In this document: one piece after another, positions 26,983-36,533 of the stretch
How the letters are laid out: each line of letters starts with the position of its first letter
How positions within the stretch are numbered: position 1 is the stretch's first letter
Virus record (IMG/VR): IMGVR_UViG_3300029448_000008
DNA: 64,000 nt
Direction: 5' to 3' (one strand)
Source of the DNA: an uncultured virus (IMG/VR IMGVR_UViG_3300029448_000008)
Lineage: Duplodnaviria > Heunggongvirae > Uroviricota > Caudoviricetes
Notes under the pieces: generated by a model
The model's input: only the letters and a program-made list of their open reading frames with translations
Databases searched by the model: none
Told to the model about the DNA's origin: nothing
Made by a program: the position numbers and the translations under genes

Positions 26983-27993
26983 ATGTATAATCTAAATCCA
27001 GTAGTAACAAAAGAGTTTATTTTAGGAAATTTAGATCAAGTGCAAATACTAGAACACTATTTAGGAATAAAAGTACAGAAGAAAAAAGTAAGGTCACCCT
27101 TGCGTATGGATAACAACCCTTCTTGTTCTTTTTCTGCTAACGGTAATGGCATTATATATTTCAAAGATTGGGCACAAGGATTTACCGGTGATTGGATAAA
27201 AGTCATACAATACAAGTATGGTCTTACTTATCAACAGTCATTAGATAGATGTGCTGAAGACTTTGGATTAATAAAAATAGGTCTTAGATCTGTTGCGCCT
27301 ATTAACCGTGACTACACAAAAATACAAATTGAACCTACAGAGTCAGTAATACAAATAAAAATTAGACCCTGGGATGTGAACGATAGAGAATATTGGTCAA
27401 CCTATGGTATAAACAGAGGGACTCTAGAGTTATATGATGTATTTCCTTGTGAGATAGTATTCTATAATACTAAGATAGTATACAACAGAACCAAAAATGA
27501 TTTAGCATATGCTTATAGATTTGGTCCAGGTAAGTATAAAATATACATGCCTCAGCGTAGTTCATTTAGATGGTTATCTAATTTTACAAGCTGGCAGGGA
27601 CTAGAGCAGTTACCTAACACTGGTGATTGTGTGGTAATAACAAAATCTATGAAAGATGTTATGTGCTTAAGACAGTTTGGTGTACATGCATGCTCTCCGG
27701 CGAGTGAGGTTGCAGAACCTGAAGAGAAGATTCTAGCGGATCTTACTACAAGGTTTCATGATGTGATTACATTAATGGACTTTGACTATACAGGAATTAA
27801 GATGGCTAATAAACTTTATAAACAATATAATTTCAATCCTCTATTTTTAACTAATGGTAGGTTTGGTACTTATGATTATAAGGCAAAAGACATCTCAGAT
27901 TTCTATGAGTTAAAAGGACATGATCACACACAAGCACTGATTAATAATTCTATAATAACATTAAATAATAAAAAATGGCACAGAAACCCTTAG
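26983..27993 (+). CDS. DNA primase (crAss-type, TOPRIM)
   Basis: SPLRMDNNPSCSF...FKDWA N-terminal domain, ITKSMKDVMCL and MDFDYTG TOPRIM motifs; likely start MYNLNP at 26983. Confidence 0.85.
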   Translation: MYNLNPVVTKEFILGNLDQVQILEHYLGIKVQKKKVRSPLRMDNNPSCSFSANGNGIIYFKDWAQGFTGDWIKVIQYKYGLTYQQSLDRCAEDFGLIKIGLRSVAPINRDYTKIQIEPTESVIQIKIRPWDVNDREYWSTYGINRGTLELYDVFPCEIVFYNTKIVYNRTKNDLAYAYRFGPGKYKIYMPQRSSFRWLSNFTSWQGLEQLPNTGDCVVITKSMKDVMCLRQFGVHACSPASEVAEPEEKILADLTTRFHDVITLMDFDYTGIKMANKLYKQYNFNPLFLTNGRFGTYDYKAKDISDFYELKGHDHTQALINNSIITLNNKKWHRNP

Positions 27994-28586
27994 AAATATC
28001 TATTCCTTTATTTATAAAAAAGGTAATGATATCCAAAGCACGTAGAATAAAATATTACAAAAAAGGTGGTAAAATACCTAAAAAGTATTCATCCTATGGT
28101 TTTGATAATAAAAATAGATTGATTGATAATAATGGTGAATGCGTAGTAGCTAATCCTAGAACAATAGGTAAGCCTAAGTATATTACTATTAACGGTCAAG
28201 CTTTGTATAATGCAAGAATGAGTCCACATATTAGATCTAAAATAGTTAATGCTGTTAAAGATTCTTTTCTGCCTCATATACAAGGTATAGAACCTATAAA
28301 AAATCTACCAGTAAGAATATCATTAAAGTTATATGATACTATAAGACAAGCAAACTGGGACCTTGATAACCAATGGTTATATAACAAGTGTTTCCAAGAT
28401 CTGATTGTTAAACATGGTATTTTACCTGATGATGATATTAAATATATAACAAAAGCAGGAGCACCAGAGTTTTGTCCAGTTGATAATGAACAAGACAGAA
28501 AACTAGTGTTTATTATAACTCCTGAAATAAGAGACGAAGTAATTAAACATAAGTATTATGATGAATTTTATAGCAACGATTCGTGA
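27975..28586 (+). CDS. RusA-like Holliday junction resolvase
   Basis: WDLDN...KCFQD...ILPDDD motif. Confidence 0.75.
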   Translation: MAQKPLEISIPLFIKKVMISKARRIKYYKKGGKIPKKYSSYGFDNKNRLIDNNGECVVANPRTIGKPKYITINGQALYNARMSPHIRSKIVNAVKDSFLPHIQGIEPIKNLPVRISLKLYDTIRQANWDLDNQWLYNKCFQDLIVKHGILPDDDIKYITKAGAPEFCPVDNEQDRKLVFIITPEIRDEVIKHKYYDEFYSNDS

Positions 28587-29034
28587 CGGTAGAGTAATAC
28601 CAGACGAACCACTAGTCGTTAACGACGACCTTAAAACTTTCCATGAAAAAATAGTTAAGATAAGCATAGAGAAAACAAATCAGAGATCAATACCACAAAA
28701 CAGATATTATTGGGGTGTAGTTGTACACACAATAAAAGAAAGATTCACAGAATTAGGGTATACAAGAACTGACGTGTCGGATCATGGCGTGTCTTCACCA
28801 TTAACTAGAGATGATGTACATCAATATCTTAGATCTAATTTTCTAAGAGATGATCTTATTTCTGGTGACGGAGAAGTTTTAGGCACTTTGTCTAAATCTA
28901 CTAAACAGCTGTCAACTGACGAGTTTGTAAAGTATTTAGATAATGTCAAGAACTGGGCTGTAGTGTCTTTAGACTTACAGATACCAGATCCTGAAACTAA
29001 AATAGAGTATAACATAGAAATTAAAGAAAAGTAA
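28558..29034 (+). CDS. NinB/Orf-like recombination protein
   Basis: RSIPQNRYYWG and STKQLSTDEFVKYLD..WA....IPDP motifs. Confidence 0.75.
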   Translation: MMNFIATIRDGRVIPDEPLVVNDDLKTFHEKIVKISIEKTNQRSIPQNRYYWGVVVHTIKERFTELGYTRTDVSDHGVSSPLTRDDVHQYLRSNFLRDDLISGDGEVLGTLSKSTKQLSTDEFVKYLDNVKNWAVVSLDLQIPDPETKIEYNIEIKEK

Positions 29035-29276
29035 TGGGTAAAATGAAACAATTGTTTATTGAAATGCAAGAAGAAGCTGCTCAAGAAGCTAGAGATCAAG
29101 TTGGTATGCATGTACCAGAAGAGCCTATAATGACTAGCAATAAGGTACCGGCAATACCGTGTCCTAATTGTAATAAAGGTTATTTATGGTTCAACTGGAA
29201 AACAAGTGAAGCAAATTGTTCTGAATGCGGGCAAGATTTTGTTCATGTAGAAAATAATACAATAAAATTTAAGTAA
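29034..29276 (+). CDS. Zn-ribbon protein
   Basis: CPNC...CSECG. Confidence 0.6.
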   Translation: MGKMKQLFIEMQEEAAQEARDQVGMHVPEEPIMTSNKVPAIPCPNCNKGYLWFNWKTSEANCSECGQDFVHVENNTIKFK

Positions 29277-29287
29277 AACAATAAATT

Positions 29288-31645
29288 ATGAAATTAGTAA
29301 GTAATGCAGATATACAACATGTTGGTACTATAAATAAAAGTATTGACTTTGGTATAGATAAAGAGAATATAGGTGTACTATTTAGAGGATTTTCAGATAC
29401 TCTATATTCTAATAAAATAGGATCTATTGTACGTGAGTTAACATCTAATTGTTTTGACTCTCATAGAGAAGCTAAAGTAAAAGATGATGTAGTAATCATA
29501 TTACAAAGTGCAGATCCTTTGTCAGGTAAAACTGGTAAGATATGTTTTAAGGATGTAGGTATAGGTCTGAGTCCTAAACGTATTGAAGATATTTATTCTA
29601 AATATTTTTCTTCTACCAAGAGAGAAACTAATAATGAAATTGGTGGTTTTGGTATTGGAGCAAAGAGTCCTCTAGCTTATACTGATGTATTTGAAGTTAA
29701 TACTATATATGATGGTATAGCTTATAATTATATAGTGCACAGAGGTGAGCAAGTTCCTATGATTAAATTAATATCTAAGACAGCTACCGACGAGCATAAT
29801 GGTACATCTGTTATATTACCTGTAAAAGCAGGAGATGAGAAAAAGTTTATCTCAGAGTGCAAACACCAGCTTAGATTCTTTGATAATATTACATATAAGA
29901 ATATGAATATTAACAATAATTATAAAGTTTATAAAGGTAAGCACTGGATTGCTTCTCTTCACGGAGAACGAGAGAATGTTGATTATAGACTGTCTATATG
30001 TCTTGGTGGTGTTAGTTATCCTTTAGATTCTAATCAAGTAGAATTTGATTCGTATTTTTCAGAATATAATACTACTTCAGTAGCGCTTAATTTTGACATA
30101 GGAGAGATAGATGTTACTATGTCTCGTGAGAACATAGAGTATAATGATAGAACTATAGAAGCTATAAAGAAAAAGTATAAATTAGTTTCTGAAGAGCTTT
30201 GTAGTATGTATGATAAGTCTTGGGCTAAAGTTACTGACTTTAGAGAGTATTTTATTAATACAGGAAAACAAAATAGTTATACTGTTAAACTTCCTATTAA
30301 TGATAATTTTATAGACATGTCATTTTGCAAGAAAGATGCAGGACAAGTTACTTTTTCTCCTTGGAATATTCATGTAGATCATAAAATGGTAGATTTAATT
30401 CTTAAGACTTATGTAGTGCATAACGGCAAAAGAGATATGAAAAAGTATGATAACTATGCTACTAGATTGTTGAAGAATTATAATCCAGAAGAGTGCTGGT
30501 TTAGAAAACGTGGTAAATTAAGCATGTTGAAAAGTAATTATATACAAGATGAGTGGATTCCTGAAAATACAGATCTGGATTACACTGATAAATTTGTTTG
30601 TGTAGAATTACAAGATGAACCAGATTGGAGTAGTTATGTATGGAATGAGAAAGACCAAGAGAATTATAAAATAATAAAACCTCTTCTTCTTAAATATATC
30701 ATAGATAAATGTGCAGGTAAATATGATGACATAGAAGTTCCTGATTCTTATAAACCGGTATCTAATAGTGTAACTAAAACTAAAGTGCCTAGAACACAGG
30801 TTTGTGCTAGATACACTAGATATAACGGAGAATATAACAGACATGATCCTACTGATGTAGTTTTTTCTAAGCAAAATTATATGTATGAGGGTATACAAAG
30901 CCTTATTAATCAAGGTCATACCATTGTATATGGTAATATGGAAGAAGAAGAAACTTTACGTCAAATAGCATTTGTTACAACTGCTCTTCCTGAATGGAGA
31001 TCTACTAAACAGTATGATGTTATGCATCAAGATCGTATTCATATTCATAAGATTGCTAATAGTCATATAAAACACTATAAAACATTAGGAGCTTTAACTC
31101 CTAAAGAATTTATAGTAAAACACTATAACCAGCTTATGGGTATTTCTATGTGTGAGTTATTAGGTAGTATGTATAGGAATAATCAAAAGTTATTTGATCC
31201 TATATATGGTGTGTTTCCTGAAAACATGACTTCTATGATGGATCATTGTATGTTATATATGGATACATATAGAGTTTATGGTGAAGAACCCAAATGGAAA
31301 GACTGGCATAAGAGAAGTTCTAGTGCTTATAATTCTACAGAAGTCGATGGTAATCATGTTAAAAATTTGAAGAAGTTATGTGAACAATTTAGTATACCAT
31401 ATAACACAGAAAATCATGTTTTACATTTTGGATTCCATTCACTCCATACAGCTAGTTTCTATAAACTCTTTCAAGAGATAGTAGAAGAGCTTGGATGGAT
31501 TGATAAGTATTTTGACGTTACTACAAAGAGTATTAACGAAGAATATGTCTTAAGTGACAAAGCGTTAGGTATTATTAAAGAAATATCTAGCAGAAATTAT
31601 AGTAAATTAATGTATAAAATCAATAATTATTTTAAAAATGAGTAA
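29288..31645 (+). CDS. rIIA: rIIA-like protein (N-terminal GHKL ATPase)
   Basis: LYSNKIGSIVRELTSNCFDSH, DVGIGLS, STKRETNNEIGGFGIGAKSP, NGTSV and SRENIEY motifs; followed by rIIB. Confidence 0.85.
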   Translation: MKLVSNADIQHVGTINKSIDFGIDKENIGVLFRGFSDTLYSNKIGSIVRELTSNCFDSHREAKVKDDVVIILQSADPLSGKTGKICFKDVGIGLSPKRIEDIYSKYFSSTKRETNNEIGGFGIGAKSPLAYTDVFEVNTIYDGIAYNYIVHRGEQVPMIKLISKTATDEHNGTSVILPVKAGDEKKFISECKHQLRFFDNITYKNMNINNNYKVYKGKHWIASLHGERENVDYRLSICLGGVSYPLDSNQVEFDSYFSEYNTTSVALNFDIGEIDVTMSRENIEYNDRTIEAIKKKYKLVSEELCSMYDKSWAKVTDFREYFINTGKQNSYTVKLPINDNFIDMSFCKKDAGQVTFSPWNIHVDHKMVDLILKTYVVHNGKRDMKKYDNYATRLLKNYNPEECWFRKRGKLSMLKSNYIQDEWIPENTDLDYTDKFVCVELQDEPDWSSYVWNEKDQENYKIIKPLLLKYIIDKCAGKYDDIEVPDSYKPVSNSVTKTKVPRTQVCARYTRYNGEYNRHDPTDVVFSKQNYMYEGIQSLINQGHTIVYGNMEEEETLRQIAFVTTALPEWRSTKQYDVMHQDRIHIHKIANSHIKHYKTLGALTPKEFIVKHYNQLMGISMCELLGSMYRNNQKLFDPIYGVFPENMTSMMDHCMLYMDTYRVYGEEPKWKDWHKRSSSAYNSTEVDGNHVKNLKKLCEQFSIPYNTENHVLHFGFHSLHTASFYKLFQEIVEELGWIDKYFDVTTKSINEEYVLSDKALGIIKEISSRNYSKLMYKINNYFKNE

Positions 31646-32786
31646 AAATCAAGTATTTGCAATTCGTAGTAACAAAGCTGTTACTGCGCTAGTTAACGGT
31701 GTCAGCTATTATAAAAATGAAGCTGACAAAACAAGTGCGCAATCTCTATATGAGAAAATTAAAACTGTAGCACTAAATCCTACTGATGGTCTCGTAAACC
31801 AGCTAGTAGAAGACTTTGACCCAACCCAGAAAGTGTTTGATTCACAGAGTTTGGTTAGAGATGAATTAGGTAATTGGTATTTAAAGGGGTTCACTGAGCC
31901 CCTACCAACTAAACTACTTACAAAGATGAAAGAGTTTATAGACAAAGGATTGCCTTTGACTCCTCTTGTTAATTTCTGGAAGTTGTTGATGTTGAATCCT
32001 GCAGACCATGTTAAGAAAGATCTATATAGTTTTATGGATCAGTATGAGTTTCCTATTACAGACTCTGGTTATTTTATAGCCTATAAATCTGTAAAGAAAA
32101 CTGAGAAAACATATAAAGCAGTAAATATGTGGGTACCAAAGGAGTATATACAATTAAAAGCATCTGGTAAGGATCCAAAAGATTACACAGTTGTAGATAA
32201 GAAAGGTGATTTCTCTATTGTAGAGACCAGTCTTATTACAGACAACAGCGGTAAGTTTATTGCTCCGGATCATGTTGCTGGTAATCTACAAGAAATGTTT
32301 GATTCTATAAACAATCTTACAGATGAAACTGTAGAAGCTCCAGAGTTTACCGACTGGCATGGTGGTAGTACACAGATTAGACTAGGTTCTCCTGTTACAA
32401 TGGATAGATCTCAATGTGATGGAGATCCTAGAAATACCTGTTCTACTGGTTTGCATGTTGGTGCTCCAGGATACGTCAAAGGATTTGGCGGATTTGGCGG
32501 AGGTGGAGGTAACGTTTACCTTGCAACTCTAGTTAATCCTATGAACGTAGTAGCAGTTCCCTCTGATTATTCTTATATGAAGATGAGATGCTGTGAATAC
32601 TATGCATATGGTATTGTAGATTTGACTAATGATGTAACTATTACTACGCCATACTTTGAGTATGACTATAAAACGTGGGAAACAGAGACATTAGAAGAAC
32701 AATTGGCAGAATTCCAAGGTTCTAGAAGTCAAGAAGCTGCAGAGAAAGCAAACATTATGAGAGAAAGACTTGTAATGGTGGCATAA
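31638..32786 (+). CDS. rIIB: rIIB-like protein
   Basis: PLVNFWKLLMLNP, ITDSGYFIAYKSV, CSTGLHVG and VNPMNVVAVPSDY..KMRCCEY motifs. Confidence 0.88.
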   Translation: MSKNQVFAIRSNKAVTALVNGVSYYKNEADKTSAQSLYEKIKTVALNPTDGLVNQLVEDFDPTQKVFDSQSLVRDELGNWYLKGFTEPLPTKLLTKMKEFIDKGLPLTPLVNFWKLLMLNPADHVKKDLYSFMDQYEFPITDSGYFIAYKSVKKTEKTYKAVNMWVPKEYIQLKASGKDPKDYTVVDKKGDFSIVETSLITDNSGKFIAPDHVAGNLQEMFDSINNLTDETVEAPEFTDWHGGSTQIRLGSPVTMDRSQCDGDPRNTCSTGLHVGAPGYVKGFGGFGGGGGNVYLATLVNPMNVVAVPSDYSYMKMRCCEYYAYGIVDLTNDVTITTPYFEYDYKTWETETLEEQLAEFQGSRSQEAAEKANIMRERLVMVA

Positions 32787-32800
32787 GATGGTTTATAATC

Positions 32801-32824
32801 GGGGGGTCTTCGGATCCCCTTTTT
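32801..32824 (+). terminator. Intrinsic terminator with UUCG tetraloop
   Basis: GGGGGTC-TTCG-GATCCCC followed by TTTTT, right after rIIB. Confidence 0.9.
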
Positions 32825-32847
32825 ATATTTAATAATTAATTAGTATA

Positions 32848-33777
32848 TTGTATAAAGACATGGAGTATTTTAAAGATAAAAGAGTAAGTAATTCTTCCTT
32901 AAGTTATATTAACCCAGAACAAGGAGGAAGCGCAAGAAAGTTTAAAGATTATCTAGATGGAAATCTAGCACATTTAGAAACTCCTTCATTATATCACGGA
33001 AGCATGATTCACAAGTTTTTACTAGAGCCTGAAACATTTGCGGTAGCAGATGTAGAAAGACCTAGTGATACTATTGTTAAAATTATGGAGAAAGTATATA
33101 ATATAACAAAAGGAGAACTAGATACAGATATAAACAAGTACCATGAATACATATTTGGTTCTGCAAGAGAACTAAATTATGGACAAACCTGGAAACCGGA
33201 TACTTTAATCAAGAAAGTTATTGATCAAGGTAAAGACTATTATGATTTTTTACTACGTGCTGACGGTAAAGTATGTATAGATCAGAAGATGGCTGGTATG
33301 TTATCAGCTATTAAAGATTCTATAACTACACATAAAGCAGCATCTGACCTGTTATTTACAGGTGAAGGTGAGAATGAGTCAGAGTATTTTTGGGGACCAG
33401 ACCAAGCATATAAATCCAAAATTGACAGGTATCAGAAAACTGGTACTAAAGTCAACCTTATAGATCTCAAGACTACCTCCAAAAGTGTGGAGATGTTTAG
33501 AGATTCCTTTGAGTATTATCATTATGACAGGCAAATGGCATTCTACGTGGATGCATTAGAAGACAATTACATGCTTGTTGACAAAGTATATATAGTTGCA
33601 GTAGAAACAACCGGTTATTATCAAGTAAGAGTGTTCGAGATAGGTAAAAATTTAATAGAAGAAGGTAGAAAAAAATATAAAGATCTACTAGAACGTGTTA
33701 AATGGCATCAAGAACGACAGCTATGGACGGAATCTCGTGAGAGTTTTGAATCCAAAGGTGTAACACTCTTAAATTGA
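32848..33777 (+). CDS. PD-(D/E)xK exonuclease (RecE/exonuclease VIII-like)
   Basis: VSNSSLS, GSMIHKFLLEP, KSKIDRY, IDLKTT and YDRQMAFY motifs. Confidence 0.85.
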   Translation: MYKDMEYFKDKRVSNSSLSYINPEQGGSARKFKDYLDGNLAHLETPSLYHGSMIHKFLLEPETFAVADVERPSDTIVKIMEKVYNITKGELDTDINKYHEYIFGSARELNYGQTWKPDTLIKKVIDQGKDYYDFLLRADGKVCIDQKMAGMLSAIKDSITTHKAASDLLFTGEGENESEYFWGPDQAYKSKIDRYQKTGTKVNLIDLKTTSKSVEMFRDSFEYYHYDRQMAFYVDALEDNYMLVDKVYIVAVETTGYYQVRVFEIGKNLIEEGRKKYKDLLERVKWHQERQLWTESRESFESKGVTLLN

Positions 33778-33783
33778 TAAATT

Positions 33784-33978
33784 ATGATAACAAATGAGGA
33801 AAAAAAACGATACTTAAGCAAATCTAATAAAGTATTAAAAAAGATTAAATCAAGTATTAAAAAACACAGAGACAATGATAATATAGCTGGTCCTTTTTAT
33901 AAGGATGGCTGTATTATTTATTGCAGTAAAAATAGATTAGAAGAAGTAAAAAGTAAATTTAAATTAGATGAACAGTAA
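33784..33978 (+). CDS. Hypothetical protein
   Basis: Short ORF in the gene string. Confidence 0.5.
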   Translation: MITNEEKKRYLSKSNKVLKKIKSSIKKHRDNDNIAGPFYKDGCIIYCSKNRLEEVKSKFKLDEQ

Positions 33979-34450
33979 CGAATTCAAACAAAGTCAGCGA
34001 GAGCTAAGAAAACAAGCTTATCGCATTATGAGCGCCAAACAACCAGAGTACACTAATAATAATACAGATGTACTACACAATTTTAAAAGTACCGCAAAAC
34101 GTCTAGGAATAGATCCTATGACAGTTTGGTCGGTTTTCTTTGATAAACACATACAAGCTATATTTAGTCATGCTTCTGACCCAGACATGGCTCAAGCTGA
34201 ACCTATAGAAAGTAGATACGCTGATGCAATAAACTATTTACACTTAGGTTTTGCTTTGATGAAAGAACGTGATTGTAAAGTAGAAATTATAGGCAGAGCA
34301 GGAAATTCAGTTGGTGAAGCATATGATCCACAATTTGGAACGTATAAAGTAGAACCAGGTGATGCAGGTACTGAAGGAGCTTACTTACGTAAGAATTATC
34401 CTAAAGTTTATGATAAATATAAAAAGTATTTTAAAGATGAAGAAAAATGA
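33968..34450 (+). CDS. Nucleotide-modification-associated (DUF1599/Nmad1-like) helical protein
   Basis: K..EY....DVLHNFK...KH...EPIESRYADAINY pattern. Confidence 0.6.
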   Translation: MNSNEFKQSQRELRKQAYRIMSAKQPEYTNNNTDVLHNFKSTAKRLGIDPMTVWSVFFDKHIQAIFSHASDPDMAQAEPIESRYADAINYLHLGFALMKERDCKVEIIGRAGNSVGEAYDPQFGTYKVEPGDAGTEGAYLRKNYPKVYDKYKKYFKDEEK

Positions 34451-34920
34451 ATTTAAAGCCTATAGAAATAGCAAATAAATTAAAAGAGTTTTCCGGTATT
34501 GATCCTTTTGATAACTCAAGACAGCATCCAGTAATAGAAATAAGATCGTTATTGTGTTACTTGTTAAGAGAAAGAAAAAGAATGAGATGGATGGCAATTA
34601 GTAATTTTTTTGTTGTCAATGGTAAATCTATGAATCATGCAACGGCTATTCATGCAGTAAAAACATACCCATTAAATAAAAAACATAATAAGAAATTAGT
34701 GGAGTATGAAAGAATGTTTAAGTTTAAAAAAGATTTAAATTATAGTGAAATAGATAGAATACATTATCTAGAAGATAAAGTTAGAAATTTAGAAATGAAA
34801 TTAGTTCACCCTTTGTTAGGAATAATAAAAGATATTCCAGAAGATAAATATGATGAAACACTTGAGTTTATAGAAAGACTCAAAAAAGGATGGGCTTGGA
34901 AAGAGAAAGTATTAAAGTAA
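34447..34920 (+). CDS. DnaA C-terminal-like HTH protein
   Basis: SRQHPVIEIRSLLCYLLR...ISNFF...NHATAIHAVK resembles the DnaA domain IV DHTTV.HA motif. Confidence 0.7.
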   Translation: MNLKPIEIANKLKEFSGIDPFDNSRQHPVIEIRSLLCYLLRERKRMRWMAISNFFVVNGKSMNHATAIHAVKTYPLNKKHNKKLVEYERMFKFKKDLNYSEIDRIHYLEDKVRNLEMKLVHPLLGIIKDIPEDKYDETLEFIERLKKGWAWKEKVLK

Positions 34921-34922
34921 TT

Positions 34923-35102
34923 ATGAAAAACAAAACGAGGAAGTATAAATTAATATACACAGAACAATATAATGATAGTCAGCCTCCATCAAAGGACTAT
35001 ATAATATTAGAAACTGAAGACATTCAATGGAGTGTAGATCAGTTTATGAGAAACAGATATATAACAGATTATAAAATAATAGTATTAAATGAAAAAGAAT
35101 AA
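34923..35102 (+). CDS. Hypothetical protein
   Basis: Short ORF; likely start MKNKTR. Confidence 0.5.
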   Translation: MKNKTRKYKLIYTEQYNDSQPPSKDYIILETEDIQWSVDQFMRNRYITDYKIIVLNEKE

Positions 35103-36180
35103 TTTAGAAATAAAAGACCAGCATAAAAATACGTTGGTTATAGAAAAACAATCTCCTTATCAAATATTTATAAAACAAGCCGATGAAGATCGTACCCGTA
35201 TGGTTGGTTATTTAGAACCAAATCAAGATGGGACTTTTACTTATAAAAAACATGAAAAAGAAGAGGATGTATATAGAAAAACAAAAGCATGGAGTATACA
35301 TGCCAGAATTTTAGATTTTGCACAACATATAGAATATACAACTAACAGAGCTGTATATACTATAAATACTGTAGATGCTAAAACTAGATCAGGTAGAATG
35401 CTATACAAAAATGCAAGCTATACAAAAAAGGTTTATGTACCAATTAAATATTGGAACATAGAATTTAAAGAGTCTAGAGATCAAAGATTGTGTGATAAGT
35501 TAGGATACGAATGGTGGTCTGAATTAAGATCTATATTTACTACAGCTAAAATGTTACAACTTAGTATGTTTTTAAAAGATAGATATAAAAAGGAAACAGT
35601 CTATCCGCCACCTGGCGAGATCTTTAATGCATTTAAACATTGTAGTTTATTAGATACTAACGCAGTTATAATAGGACAAGATCCGTATCATGACGGTAGT
35701 GCGCATGGTTTAGCTTTCTCTATAAGAGAAGGGCAAAGTAAAATACCACCTTCTTTAAGGAATATACTTAAGGAAGTGCAAGAGGACGTTTATGCAAACA
35801 ACTTTGCATTTAAATCTGCGCATAGTCCTACTCTTACAAGATGGACTACACAAGGTGTGTTATTATTAAACAAAACTCTTACTGTTGAAGCGGGTAAACC
35901 TAATTCACATAAAAAACAGTGGGATGGTTTTGTAGAAATAATAGTAAATATACTAATACAGTTTAAAAAGAAGAGAAACGAACCTATAGTATTTATTTTG
36001 TGGGGTAAAGATGCTCAAGCTTGTGTACAAAGAGATACTTCAGATCTTGTACATATAATAAAAGCACCACATCCTGCTGCTGAAGGTTACGCAGGAGGCA
36101 AAGCGGGGTTCTTCGGTTCTAAACCGTTTACAAAATGTAATAAATTTTTAGAAAAATACAACCTATCTATAAATTGGTAA
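35089..36180 (+). CDS. ung: Uracil-DNA glycosylase (family 1) with ~140-aa N-terminal extra domain
   Basis: VYPP, GQDPYH, AHGLAFS, IPPSLRNI, QGVLLLN, LWGKDAQ, HPAA and FFGSKPF motifs. Confidence 0.92.
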   Translation: MKKNNLEIKDQHKNTLVIEKQSPYQIFIKQADEDRTRMVGYLEPNQDGTFTYKKHEKEEDVYRKTKAWSIHARILDFAQHIEYTTNRAVYTINTVDAKTRSGRMLYKNASYTKKVYVPIKYWNIEFKESRDQRLCDKLGYEWWSELRSIFTTAKMLQLSMFLKDRYKKETVYPPPGEIFNAFKHCSLLDTNAVIIGQDPYHDGSAHGLAFSIREGQSKIPPSLRNILKEVQEDVYANNFAFKSAHSPTLTRWTTQGVLLLNKTLTVEAGKPNSHKKQWDGFVEIIVNILIQFKKKRNEPIVFILWGKDAQACVQRDTSDLVHIIKAPHPAAEGYAGGKAGFFGSKPFTKCNKFLEKYNLSINW

Positions 36181-36184
36181 TTAT

Positions 36185-36257
36185 AGAGTGAGTAACTAGA
36201 CTGTAACATTGTGGACTAATACATAGGTCGTCGCACACAATGCTGGTTACTCGCTCT
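36185..36257. terminator. Long hairpin at the convergence of the two transcription blocks
   Basis: AGAGTGAGTAACTAG pairs with CTGGTTACTCGCTCT, inner CATTGTG/CACAATG stem, followed by a T-run. Confidence 0.7.
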
Positions 36258-36471
36258 TTTTTATTTTTTCTACAGCAGATATCCCAAAGCAACCTAATGT
36301 AACCCATACAAATGAGTTATATATTACTTCATTAATTTCTAATCCACCATCTACATATATAATACTTGTTACAAGATCCGCCACAGCAAATAAAGTCATC
36401 ACTATAAAAGATGCAAATCCTATTATATTCTTCTCGTTTATTTCGTTCTTATCTTTAAATAATGCCCACAT
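36247..36471 (-). CDS. Two-TM membrane protein (holin-like)
   Basis: Two hydrophobic helices and a charged C-terminus; likely start MWALFK at 36471. Confidence 0.6.
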   Translation of the reverse strand: MWALFKDKNEINEKNIIGFASFIVMTLFAVADLVTSIIYVDGGLEINEVIYNSFVWVTLGCFGISAVEKIKKSE

Positions 36472-36473
36472 AA

Positions 36474-36515
36474 TTAGCAACCATTACAAAAAGGACAGTT
36501 AGGTATTCCACACAT
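36474..36515 (-). CDS. Candidate 13-aa Cys-rich micropeptide MCGIPNCPFCNGC
   Basis: Fills the gap between the vRNAP stop and the holin-like start; leader TTTTAAATTTTAAAATTATG resembles other starts in this genome. Confidence 0.4.
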   Translation of the reverse strand: MCGIPNCPFCNGC

Positions 36516-36533
36516 AATTTTAAAATTTAAAAG

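Noticed and set aside
27630..27670. Inactive primase because the TOPRIM Glu is replaced (ITKS)
   Set aside because: As I recall, ITKS.KD is the usual form in crAss-like primases, and the DxD motif is intact.
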